DNA of 62,968 nucleotides, counting the filler, from Hyphochytrium catenoides (Eukaryota > Protista > Hyphochytriomycota), in NCBI GenBank assembly GCA_900088475.1. It is 9 parts of 9 records of this genome, joined end to end, with 100 filler letters (N's around TTAATTAATTAA, not from the genome) between each part and the next. Parts side by side here need not be neighbours in the genome. Positions count along the whole stretch, not along the records: positions 1 to 28,767 come from FLMG01003536.1; 8 more parts are not named here. The stretch is one strand, 5' to 3'. This document shows positions 10,494 through 21,673 of this stretch, one piece after another. The position numbers were made by a program, and so were the translations under genes. The notes under the pieces were generated by a model. The model searched no databases. It worked only from the letters and a program-made list of their open reading frames with translations, and was not told where the DNA came from. The first letter of the stretch is position 1; every line of letters starts with the position of its first letter.

Positions 10494-11837
10494 ATGGCTA
10501 CACCGTCATCACTTGTAAGCGAAGCCCGCAACCGCGTCCTCGCTTGGCCAGAGATGCTCTCTCGCCAATGGGAGGATGTTGTTAACCGTGATAAGGACGG
10601 CCCATCACCTGTCCTACAAGAGCGAGAGCAAGCAACATCGACATTCTCCATTATGCAGTTCAATCAGCTCTCGGACAGTCTCAGTGGGAAGAGCCCCACC
10701 AAGGGGAACTTCCTCGTGCCAGATACCGTACTTGACTGGGATAACCGAAAATGGAGGTGAGAAAACCCACCAATTGTTCACCTTTAGAGCCGATAGTCCT
10801 TACTACTTTACACTTGCTGCCCTAGGTGTCTCGAGGAAATATTGAGGTGGAACCCAGACATCATCTGCCTTCAAGAAGTTGATCATTTCGCCGACTGGTA
10901 TTGTCCACAGTTGGAAGCTGTGGGTTACGGTGGCATTTTTCTGCCCAAACCAACTTCCCCGGCACTAGAATACGGCGGCCGAGTGGAGGGTGTGGCATTG
11001 TTCTATCGCAGAGAAGTAGCGTGTAACCTCCAGTGCGAAAAGATCAGATTTTTTTGTCCCAGTGACCCTGAAGCTGACGGCTCTAGCGTTGAGACTTTGG
11101 CACCGGACGATATAGTCCCGCAGAGCCAAGTCGCTCTAATAGCGACTCTTGAAATTTTAGGTAATGAGAACTCCTTTGCTCAAGATGTCCTTGCATATTA
11201 ACTTTTTACTACGCACCAGGTCGGAAGACTATCGTCGCTGTGACTCATCTCAAGGCAGCAAAATCTCTGGCAGGAGAGAAAATACGGGTCCAGCAGTTGT
11301 CCTATCTCCTCAAGAAGATCGAAGCGCTTAGAGATGGGGAGCATATTCCAGTAATAATTGCGGGAGACTTCAACGCATGCCCAGTCGATACGGACTACCC
11401 AGCTCTTGCTTATCGATTTATGAGAAATTCGAATAGGTAAAACTGGACAATGTAGCCATCATCTCGTTCACCCTGGCATCTGACTGTTCATTTACCATCC
11501 TTGTATGAAGTATGTGCCTAGAAAGTGCGTATACCATAGGAGGTTCAAGTGAACCAGCTTATACTAGTTGGAAGAGGCGTTCTGGCAAAGGGGAAGTAAA
11601 GAATGTCTTGGACTATATCTGGTTAGTAGCATACACATACTCCTCATCCTTTATTATGGACGCCACCCTCACCCACTTTTAAACCCAACGATAAACAGGA
11701 TATCCAGTGACCGACTGACGATAAAAAGACGTCTTAAAGTACCGCAAGAAGATTCAGTTGCCCCTTCACTCCTACCCTGTCAGGAGTATCCCTCAGATCA
11801 CGTGTCACTCGTAATTGAGTGTAGTTTCATCAACTAG
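10494..11837 (+). CDS. NOCT: Nocturnin-like EEP/CCR4-family phosphatase, 5 exons (introns 10757-10825, 11161-11219, 11437-11510, 11622-11698)
   Basis: Splicing at GT-AG sites joins the ORF pieces in frame: MQFNQLSDSL...WDNRKWRCLEEILRWNPDIICLQEVDHF...THLKA...GDFNA...YTSWKRR...LDYIW...YPSDH, the nocturnin motif set. Confidence 0.9.
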
Positions 11838-11879
11838 GGGGTGGGGAGGTCAAGGGTTTATTGTTTAATAAAAAACAGA

Positions 11880-12300
11880 ATCTGAAGCTTGAGTCTGTTC
11901 AGCAGTTGGACCCCGCTCTAGCTTGCATGATTGAGCGCGATGATGATGATGGTCTCCTATCATTATTGCGGAAGAGTTCAACTATGATTCTTCTTCCTTT
12001 TTTCCGACATTGATGGCGAGGGTGGCGGAGGAGAACGCGTTGTAGAGTACAGGGCTTTGTAGCTCTCGTCTCTTCTTCTTTTCTCTTCTTCTTCTACTCC
12101 GTCTTCTTCTTCTTCCTCTTCTTCTTCTTTTTCTCGTTCTTAGCTTCATCTTTTACTTCTTCTTTTACGTCGGGTGAATGATGGAGCTGCTTCTTCCTCT
12201 TTTTCCCTTTTCTGGCCTACTAGTACTTTTCGCTCTCGTTCTTCTTGTTCGTCATAGTATAATTTTCATATCTTCTTCTCTAAAGTAGTCTACTAGTCAC
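11880..12300 (+). mobile_element. Degenerate non-LTR 3' end, family A copy
   Basis: LKLESVQQLDPALACMIERDDDD followed by aactatgattcttcttcc and a CTT-rich tail. Similar to 12530-12830. Confidence 0.6.
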
Positions 12301-12409
12301 TCCTTGATCATTGCTCGTCAATAAAGCCTCTTCCTTCATCGTAAAATCTAAAAGAATAAATAAATAATCATCTTGGACTCTGCAACAGCAGCTGATATTA
12401 AGCTCCAGT

Positions 12410-12830
12410 GTAATCGTGCCGCTGTTCATGCTTCACGGCAATATGGCCGTTGGTCCCGGCTGGCAAACTCTCTGACTCTTCACACGCCAGAGTCTCTCAG
12501 GCTATTCATGAAGAGAATGCGCTACTGATTCTGAAGCGGACTCCTCTTCAGCAGTTGGGCCCCGCTCTGGCTTGTATGATTGAGCGTGGTGATGATGGTC
12601 TCGGCGCCACGCCCTCGAAGCTCTTCTTCTCCTCCTTCGGCATTATTGTCAAAGATTTCAACTATGATTCTTCTTCCTCTTCCGATAGTGATAGTGGTGC
12701 GGGAGAACCTATAGGAACAGATTCCAGGACTTTGTACTTCCTTTTCGTTCTTCCTCTCCCTTTTCTTCGTCGTCTTCTTCTTTCTCTTCTTCTTCTTTTT
12801 CTTCTTCTTCTTTTACTTCCTTTATTATGC
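12410..12830 (+). mobile_element. Degenerate non-LTR 3' end, family A copy
   Basis: RVSQAIHEENALLILKRTPLQQLGPALACMIER plus a CTT-rich tail. Homologous to 6422-6520 (-) and 11880 (+). Confidence 0.6.
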
Positions 12831-12839
12831 AGCGGATCG

Positions 12840-13240
12840 GTCCGGAGGAGATCAAATGGCTGCGGTTGAGGACCGGAAGCGCCGTAAATATCTAGCGGCT
12901 TGCAATGCCCACCACCAGATCGACTTCCTCCCTTTAGTTTGGGAATCTTTTGGTGGAGGGTCGGCCACTGTGGCGGGCTTAATCAACACCATCTGCGCAG
13001 CCCAAGGCGATCGAACGGACGCAGCTGAGCGTGATGTGCATTACTTTAGATACCGGTTGACCAGGAAGGTGTCCCTGGCTCTGCACGAAGGCGGCCCGAA
13101 TGATTGTTTCCCGGTTGGCCTCTTCTTGTGCCCATTCTTTGCCGCTGTCCACTCTTCTCCGCTCTCTTTTTCTTCATCCTTTCTTTCTTCTCCTCCTTCT
13201 CCTCCTCAAGCTACGGCCGCCCCCCGGCTTCTATAAGTCC
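12840..13240 (+). mobile_element. 5'-truncated CRE-like non-LTR retrotransposon, C-terminal restriction-like endonuclease region
   Basis: EDRKRRKYLAACNAHHQIDFLPLVWESFGG...RLTRKVSLALHEG, then a frameshift to MIVSRL. This fits the K..KY...C....F.P...E..G...S.A...G pattern of RLE-clade elements. A pyrimidine-rich tail follows. Confidence 0.75.
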
Positions 13241-13632
13241 TCCTTTGTGGTTGAAGAGGAGAATCAAAGACAATCGTTTTCTCTCGCATTATCGGTGGTG
13301 AGGAGGATGCTCTCCCCGCGTCCTCCGTGTCCCCGCAGGTCCCTTCCTCCTCGGTGTCCCCGCAGGTCCCGCTTCCTGTAAGTAGTTCCGGCCGTCCTTA
13401 GGGGGCCAGGTTAGGGAGCTGCTTCCTGCGGTTCTTTAACCTTTCTGGCCTGCTACTTGTCACTCTTCTGGTTCATAGAAACCAGCGGAGAGAGACAGCA
13501 GAGATACAGGAGAGCGGGAAAGAAAGACAGCAGATCGTTCAAGATGCGTCCTTGAGGAAGTAACCCCTCCTCCTCCGCAGTGGATCATTAGCAGAGTTAT
13601 TGACCGAGAACAATCCAAGGGCACGCCTTGAG

Positions 13633-13785
13633 GACTTGAGAAGACGATATTCTTCCATCTGTAGAAGGCTTGGAATAGTGAGGAAGCAAATAATAAAGAG
13701 TTTGAACACTGACTTGAGAAGACGATATTCTTCCATCTGTAGAAGGCTTGGAATAGTGAGGAAGCAAATAAAGAGTTTGAACACT
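13633..13785 (+). repeat. Tandem duplication, 78 bp + 75 bp units
   Basis: gacttgagaagacgatattcttccatctgtagaaggcttggaatagtgaggaagcaaata(ata)aagagtttgaacact occurs at 13633 and 13711. Confidence 0.95.
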
Positions 13786-14095
13786 GGCGATGAGCTGACA
13801 AATCAGGTTCTGTTCTTTATTATCGATCGAAGAGAAGGCAACATCATCCTCTTCCCCTTAAGAAATCTTGAACAAACAGAAAGAGGGGAAGGAAGTAGAG
13901 AAAATCTTTAGCTACGAACTGGACTCCACTGAGTTGAGACACTACTTTCTCCGAAGGACCAGGAAGAGCCGGATCAGAGAAGAATGAGGAAGAATTGCTG
14001 AAAAGCAGAGGAGGAAGAAGCGCCAATAGCCGTGTTCATAACGAGGAATCATTGGCTTCCGCCTCCTCATCATGGCACTCCTCGTCACCACTTTA

Positions 14096-16644
14096 TTATT
14101 TGCACTGAGACGGGACATCAAACGCATCGTTGTAAACGCGAGGTTTGGCAGAAGCACCCAGTCCGCGCTTGGCGAAGCCTTTCCAGATCTCACATTGGTT
14201 AGCACCATCGTTGTTGGCCTGGTCAGCCTGTAAGATCGCGTCTCTGGCTTGTACGAGGGTTGGATTGCAAGGCTGAAGCTTCATGCCGTCCATGACGAGC
14301 TGCATCATCACCGTGTTGCCCTTGCCACTGGCGGCATCGTCCTTGTATCGCGGCGTGAAGCCAAGCTTATCAATGAGGTTCCAGTACACTTCCCAAAGCA
14401 TCACAGCCCAGACTTCACCGATCTTATGGACTTCCTTGTACTCCTTAAGGTAGGAATACGTGTGCGGGTTCTTGTTCATGTCCGTCGTATAGACGTAGCG
14501 GCGAATGCCGTTAGGGTTGCCAAAGACGTAGACACCCGTGGGGAAGTCAGAGTTCCTGTTGTTGGACGTTTTGGTTCGCAGAGCTTGTCCATAGAAGTCG
14601 CCCCACCCTTCGCCCATGCCGCCAGACTCAAGGCTGTTGAGACAGTTCGAGTTGTCAGCACCGCCGGTCAATCGTGTGGAGAGGCCGTGAGTAAACTCAT
14701 GAGTGATAATGTCGTTAGAGATCGCGCCATCGCGAAGGGCGCCGGGCTTTGCTACATTCCCTGTTAAGTGGTAGAAAGAAGAGCTATTAGGACAGATAGA
14801 CCAGATCCTATAGACCATGAGAACCAAAAGGAGCCAGCAACGGCCGTTAGAAGAAGGAGGCAGGGGAGGAATGTCGTTCAACCATCAAGGTAAGAAGAAG
14901 AGAGACAGCAATCGTCGTTGGGATCAAAGATGACCTAGCATCAAGAACGCTGATGCTAACACACGCTACGGAGAGGACAGTAAGAGGAGATGACGACAAG
15001 GCCTTCGTGAGAGGACGAGAGAATGGAACAATGCTCAAGGGCAACAACGACAGCTTTAGAAGAAGTGGCGGTAGTCAGTAGGGAAACTCACAAAGATACA
15101 TCCTCATTCTTGGGCTTCGGCCATCAGGCGGCGTGGCAAAGTTGGCGTTGTTCATCCCTGAGGAGTCCTGGCACGTCGCGACCAAGGGGTCATTGCTTCT
15201 TCCTCCGGCCTTGTTGACTTTCTGAAAGTTCCCGGCAGCGTCTGTGAAGCCGTAGGCGTAGTAGATATCGTGGATGGAGTTGGCAACGTAGAACATGTTG
15301 GTGACAGCAAAGTCGTGATAGTCCTTAGGATTCATGTCCTCACTGAAAGTGAACTCAAAGTCAAAGTTAGTTGCCGTGGCACCCGTGCCGCCGGCGGTAG
15401 CAACGACGTTGTTTCCCTTGGTAGAGCTCACGGGACCTGAGCCTGCGTCATGCCACCCGCGGGAAGAGTACTTCAGATCTTGCGGGTCCGTCAGGACAGT
15501 GGGCTTGCCATCAGACAAGTCCATGAACCCAATCGGGAGGACCTTGTACTTCACGCCTGTCAACCCTGGTTGGAGTCTTCGTCGAAGAGTGGTTCCCGTG
15601 TTAGTAGCCCCCGTCAGGTTTGCCGTTGATTCCTTCTTCCATGCTTGGTCATTCAGCTGCTTTGTAGAGAGAAATGATGGCTGTTCACCGTTGGCAACAG
15701 CAGCAGGGAGCTCAAGCTCGAAAGTACCCGTCTGGACACCGTCTTCGGTAGAAAATAGAGGTACATCAGAGTTGCGGCTCCAGTCAGAGACAGCAACAGT
15801 TCTTCCATCTTGGGCACTGACGAAGACATTGAGCCTATCGCGCAGAAGTTCAGTAGCAACAAGAGGATTCAACAATGCGTTAGTCTGATGGATGAAGAGG
15901 TTTCAGGGCCGGCGCAGAAGATACTTACCAGTTGTTAACCATCTCGATCTCCAGACTCCAGACAAGCTCCAGAGCTCCCTCAGATGTCTGATAGTACTTT
16001 AGATTAGCATTCACTTCCTGACCAAGCGCGAAGCTGGCGCCGGTGATGGTCCACTGCACGGGAACATCATTCACAACCTTCGACCCTGGAGTCGCTTTGA
16101 GCTCAGGCTTAGAAACGGGTAGATTGGAAGACCTTGCGAAGCTCTCCAGAGCGGAAACAGCAGAGATCTTCGGGCGCCCACCAGCAGTTTGAATTGTTGC
16201 GTGATGTGCTGCCACAGTGCTGGCGTAGGTAAGGACCTTATTGTTCTTGTCTACGGTCACCTTCACGCCGCCATTCTCCACATCGAGGCCATCCTTAGTC
16301 TGGACCATGTACATATGATAGAGGCCGTTGTGCTCATCGCGAAATTCCCTAAGCACTTGTACCTCAGGCGTTGCGGATTCGGTAGTGGAGCTCTCAGATA
16401 GTTTTTGCTTGGCAAAGTTAAGTGCGGTCTCGGCCTGGGTGGCACCTGTTCCAGCAATATCAAGACCAGTAGTAAAGTCAGCATGGGGCTGCCAGTAGGA
16501 AGGGGCAGTGACAGTCACTTTGCTCGTCGACGGGTCCACAGCTAATGATGAAGACGGGAATGTAGCGCCCAGCATCATCAAAGCTCCAATGATGCTAACG
16601 GCGCATCTCCGCCGCTGCTGTCGGGATGAAGACTTACGAGCCAT
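14096..16644 (-). CDS. Secreted fungalysin (M36) zinc metalloprotease, 3 exons (introns 15835-15928, 14761-15091)
   Basis: A signal-like hydrophobic stretch (AVSIIGALMMLGATF) and an FTP-type propeptide (HNGLYHMYMVQTKDGLDVENG) precede TKGNNV, YGFTDAAGNFQ, NNANFATPPDG, HEFTHG (HExxH), GGMGEGWGD, EVHKIGEVW, KLQPCNP and FAKRGLG. Splices give NNW|LNVFV and MYLW|NVAK in frame. Confidence 0.95.
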
Positions 16645-17329
16645 TGCAGAGAGAATGAGAGTTCGGGCGGTTGTCGCCGAGTGGACTTGGAAGTCACTGT
16701 TGAAAATGAAGAATGACAAGCTACTGCCAGGCCTTCATCCCAATGAAGCACCAGTCGGCCTTCAAATCTGATCTCTCCTTCAATAGGGAACTGAAGACGG
16801 ACAGCAAAGAAGTTAGGCCAAGAGACCTTTTCATTCTATTTTCCGGTTCACTCTATACGGCTGCATGGGACCATGAATTTTGAAGGCGATAGCCCAGCAG
16901 CGAGAAAATAGAAGACGGCGCTCGGAATAACTCTCTGAAGATAGATGATGATGGTGATGAGAACAAGGCATGGAGAACGAACTGAGAATGAGCGCATAGC
17001 TTCGCTGGATAACTCCAGGACAAGACAATGGCGACATCTCCGAGAAGGTGGTCAAACAGAGCCTTGATAAAGAAACGAAGAGAGGAGAAGGGAAGGGGGA
17101 GCAAGTTCGCGTCATGGCGCCTTCCCTAGATCTATGCCGTCTTTGTTTATCGTCTGCACAAAGGAACAGGGAAGAAGATGTGAACCTTCGGTCATATCTT
17201 CACTATTATTAGCAACAGAGTAGGAGAAGGAGTTTGGAAGACTTCAGCGGTAGGATAGGACGGCTTTGGTCATACCACCAATGTAGAAGGAAGGACGTAA
17301 AGAAGAAAGAATGGGAAGGGAAAGAGCGT

Positions 17330-17960
17330 CTTCTTCTATCTCGTATGCGCGTCTGTCAACAATGTCTGAAGATCCAGATCAGAAGAATAAACGGAGATCT
17401 GAGACCACAGACTGGCGTGGAGGAGACAATCCCGTTGGTGCTTACACGACCAACTTGAAGCAAGAGATGGAGCGAAGTAGGAGCAGATGATGCTCAAAAA
17501 GAGAGCGCATCGGCTGGCTTAAAGGAGGAAAGGTTGAGCTCATATCTTCAGCCAAGTGGATGCGGCGTAGGATCAGGGTTGGAATGTCAGCTTGGTATGT
17601 GTCGCAAAAGAGACGGAAGAAGTGCGTGAGCAGCAGGGGCGGAAGAAGAAGAAAGAAAAGGACACACACGATGGATGAGGAATGTGACCTCGAGGACAGC
17701 ACGCGGCCAGGTCAGCCGCACCAACGACAACAAAGGACAAAGGACTGCTGCACTCTTGATAGACTTTTTATTCTGTCCGAACCAAAGGCGATCTTCAAAC
17801 TCACGCTGTAGACAGCCCACACTCCTGCGGCAGGCACACTACCAGCAGCAGAGATGACAGGAGCAGGAGAAGGAGAGAAAGACAGGGAGAGAGACGGAGC
17901 GCGAAGTTCTTATCGCTTCTTGGATGTGAGAAGTGCACTTGTCTCCTCTGTCCTGAGAGC
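17330..17960 (+). mobile_element. Highly degenerate non-LTR (CRE-like) reverse transcriptase remnant
   Basis: RT-like motifs occur in order across frameshifts: NGDLRPQTGVEETI (cf. G.RPIavGE), YLQPSGCGVG (cf. l.P.Q.GVG), ALLIDF..SVR (cf. lD..NAFNsv.R) and RFLDV (cf. YLDD). Confidence 0.45.
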
Positions 17961-18609
17961 TCTGAGAGGATGCGGAGGGGCCACCTGGGGGGGCGCACGA
18001 GGAGGCAGGATGCTCAAGAAAAAAACGGTCGATGAGTCCTGGTACAGCTGTACCGAATTTATTCATGTGCTACTACTAAATTCGTTAGTCTCTCTCCGTC
18101 TATCCAAACCTATTTCGGTGTGGGGAGACTATGGCATTCAGACTTAGCCTAGAGGGCTTGACTTTTAGCCCCTCTATCTCCCCTTGTTTTCCGTTTCCCT
18201 CTATTCTCGGTCAAAGTTGTTAGTTTTGTTGAAGGGCCAAAATTGGGATGGAAGGATAACAAAAGGGAAGGGGGAGGGTAGGACGGGTAATTATTCCTAT
18301 ACGCCGATATGGCTCCTTCATGAGATGAGGAAACCCTCAATACCTCATTGTTTTATTCCTTCTATTATGATTATTACAGGGATTACCTATCTGGGTCTTC
18401 ACACCGGTGTTAACATATAGCCCAATGACTCACAGAAGAGAAGAGAGGAGGAGAGCAGGAGGAGCGGTAGACATTGGCGATCACGCGGTCATTGCGGCGC
18501 CGCAACCTCGCTCTCCAGCGCCATAGTTAATACTCCGTAGGTCGCAAGCACGGAGGAGAGCAAGAGATGGAGACGCAGGGCAAACCATCTCGTGATGATG
18601 ACTCAGTCC

Positions 18610-20750
18610 ATGCGGGCAGACGGAGGATTGGACACAATGGTTTGCCTGTCAGGTAGGCCTAGAAGCATAAGCCATAGGAGGTAATCCTGAAGCGCCTCAT
18701 CAACAACAAATGTAGCCTCGTAGTTCATTAGCAGGAACAGCGCTACTAGCCAGTCAGAGAGGTCATCAAGAGGTTGCCTATCATCAAGGCACAATTGACA
18801 GATTGATTATGCTTGAAACGGATGGATAAAAAGGAGAATATTATTGATCAGAACTTCCCACAAGTCCTTCTCATCAGCCAAAGAAGAGAGAAGATCATAG
18901 AAGATCTCTGAAGATCGGAAAGTGAATAAACAGCTGGTCTGTCCTATCATTATGGCGCGCCGCCTGCCTTTGTCCCTAAGATGATATAATCGCGTCTCTC
19001 ACCACCCTTTCTCTTCTATCAGCAGTACTGTCGACTCCTCCGTCTTCAACCCTCCTTACCCAGCTCTTCTCCCCTTCTTGCTCCGTGAACGTTGAACTTT
19101 TCTCTAACTAACGCTTNNNNNNNNNNNNNNNNNNNNNNNNNNNNNNNNNNNNNNNNNNNNNNNNNNNNAAGCTGTTATAAAAGTTAATAACTCTCTCCTC
19201 CTCTCTTCCATCATTATTTATTATCAGAAGACAAGGAAGGATCATACTTCTTCTGTTCCACAGCAATAACAATAGGAGAAGGATGGTAAAAAAAGGGAAG
19301 AAGGAAAAGGCATCATCAAGATCGATCAATCATCACACTCGACCAGCCAACACCCAGCAAGCAAGAGAAAGGGGCTAATCTCTGAATTTGAAGAGAAATA
19401 CGCTTCAAAGTATGAACTGATTATCTTCCTGAATGGCCAAGGAGACTCAGGTGATAGGAAGGCCTGAAGCCATCGTGAGGCGATACAAATATAATAATGA
19501 CCCATGATACCGAGAAGCATCAAGTAAAGAACGATATCATTGAAGCTTCACAAGCCGCTCCTGTAATATGAGAGAGTGAGAGAAGAAAGAAGGTGCAGTG
19601 TCTGTCCCTTGGCTGGCCAGGCCGCACTTCAGAAGACAAGCACCCAAGCACCACTGAGAGGAAGACTTCGCGGGAACACGCGCAAGTTAAGTAGGAAAGG
19701 GTCTTCTACTTCAGATAGAAGTTTATTATTAACTGAGATATAGAGGGTAAGAGGAAGTCTCCCTTGCAAGAGAGTCAGTCTACCTGAGAATGCAAAGATA
19801 AATGAGTATCTAGTCGGGACTACCCGCCCTGAAAGTCCTCTCAAAGAGGAGAGGTCATATCCCATACACCGGTCGATCCGTGTCCAGTGCGCAATCAGGT
19901 GGTTAGCAGCCGTCACAGGAGATATACATATAACAGCTCCACACAGTCAATTAAATAGATGAGACATAACCCGTTGTTTCTCAGAGGATCATCCTACGTA
20001 GTGGGCCAAGCTGACAGCCCTACGTACAGCCTCATAGCCTCAGACTTCGTAACAGACAAAAAAAAGACCCTGAAAGTAGCCAGCATGGACCGCTACTGCA
20101 TCAGTAAGATTCTTCTGAAGTGCAGCGAGGATGCGTGTGATGGACACATCAAAAGTCGCGTGCTGCTGGTGAAAAGGAAGTCCTTCACGAGGATGTCCGT
20201 CCATAAGAATATCAGGGGCAATCCTGTGAACGACCAATGCTGAGCTGGTTCGCTGTTGCCACAAGCACTCAGGAATATTGATGGTGCTTTCTGCAAACCT
20301 CTGACTTGAGAAAACTCTTGGGCGGGGCCATCGACACGGCTCATTCAACTTAGAGGGACCAGACCATGGGCTGGAGCCATTCGAAATAACAGGCGTTAGG
20401 TCAGGACCACCTCTCTTTCCTTGTGGACCGTCCGCCTACACCAGAGCTGTGGACTAGCCACACCTCTCTCAGGAGACATTGCAACAATGTGAAGATGGTG
20501 CTTTCCAGGCAACTCGCAACCTCCGGGGGACGGCCAAAGAGTATCTCATATGCCCTTGTCCGCCTTCCGTCGATTAAAGTTAGTTCGCTGTTCCGTCCCG
20601 GGGTTTCATTTCCTTCTTTTGTTATTAGGCCTGCTGGGAATAGCGTGGCTGACTAGCAGTTGGATTGGAAGCTCTTGGTTGGTGCAGTGCAGAGGGAGAT
20701 GTAGCTTATCGGCGATAACATTCCACTGTGAAGAGGGTGCCAGAGAGAGT
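18610..20750 (-). mobile_element. Degenerate LINE-type reverse transcriptase pseudogene, copy 1
   Basis: On the minus strand, in order: ELPIQLL (cf. RPIsLL), LTLIDGRRTRAYE (cf. lD..KAyD), RVDGPAQEFSQVRGLQK (cf. vnG...F...RGlrQG), ILMDG, and later TDQLFIHFP (cf. zinc-finger dHLFihCP). Many stops and frameshifts. Confidence 0.55.
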
Positions 20751-20999
20751 GATGAGGTGGGGTGGGGGGGAAAATAGAGAGCAGAAAGAGAAAGTGTATT
20801 CGCTTCTGTCTCTGTAGGTTTTCGTGACTGATTGGAGGAGACCCAAGAGCGAGAAATCAGGAGGGAAGGAACAAAACTACAGAGGAAGATCAAGGAGAGA
20901 GAGCGAAAGAGAGAGAAAGAGAAAAAAAAGAGAGAGAGAGAGAGAGAGACAGAGAGGAGAGGAGAGAGAGAGAAGAGAGAAAGACAGCACGGGGCTCAA

Positions 21000-21673
21000 T
21001 CACATGTTGTAGCTACTATCAGGGTTAAGATAGTGGATGATCTTCTCCCAGCATTCTTGAAGCAAACCCTTCTTGCTCCTCTCTCCCCCCTTCGACTGTC
21101 TCAACTCCACGAGGAGGAGGAGGAGAAAGATAACCTGGTTGAACTGTCTACTATATAACGAGGCTCTCTCTTTCCTCCATGGCTTCTCGGCCTTCAACAG
21201 GAGAGAGAGACACTCTCTCTTTCTCTCCGCCTGTGCTATGTCTCTCGCTGTCTCTCCCCGGTAGTTAACATCATCATGAATCCGTGCTCCTGCCCTTAGT
21301 AAACGCCTCAGTATCTTAGTGTTTCCTCTGTAGGCCGCCCACATCAGCGGAGTCGCTAATAATATATGAGGAGGAAAGGATGTCGAAGAAGAAGAGACGG
21401 ACGAAGAGAGAAGAGAAGAACAGCGAGTGGAGGGCGCGAGAGAGAGGTTTGGCGCCGCTCCTGCCTTCAGAAGCAAAGATGTTATCTCCTCCGAGTTCTT
21501 CTCTGCAGCGATGATAAGGGGAGAGATAGAGTTAAAAGAGTAAGACACGTTCACGTCTGCGCCGGCCTCGAGAAGGAGAGAGATGAAAGAGGGACTTCTC
21601 TCTCTCTCTATCGCTTCCAATAGCGCTGTCCATCCACCTTCTTCTTCTGCTCTATCATCGATCACATTGGTCC
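21000..21673 (-). pseudogene. Ankyrin-repeat gene, duplicated 3' exon only (no homologue of the copy-2 first exon)
   Basis: GWTALLEA, LLLEAGADVN, SPLIIAA, TPLMWAAYRGNTKILRRLLRAGA, GETARDIA. Near-identical to 26684-27297; similarity stops inside the preceding intron. Confidence 0.7.
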
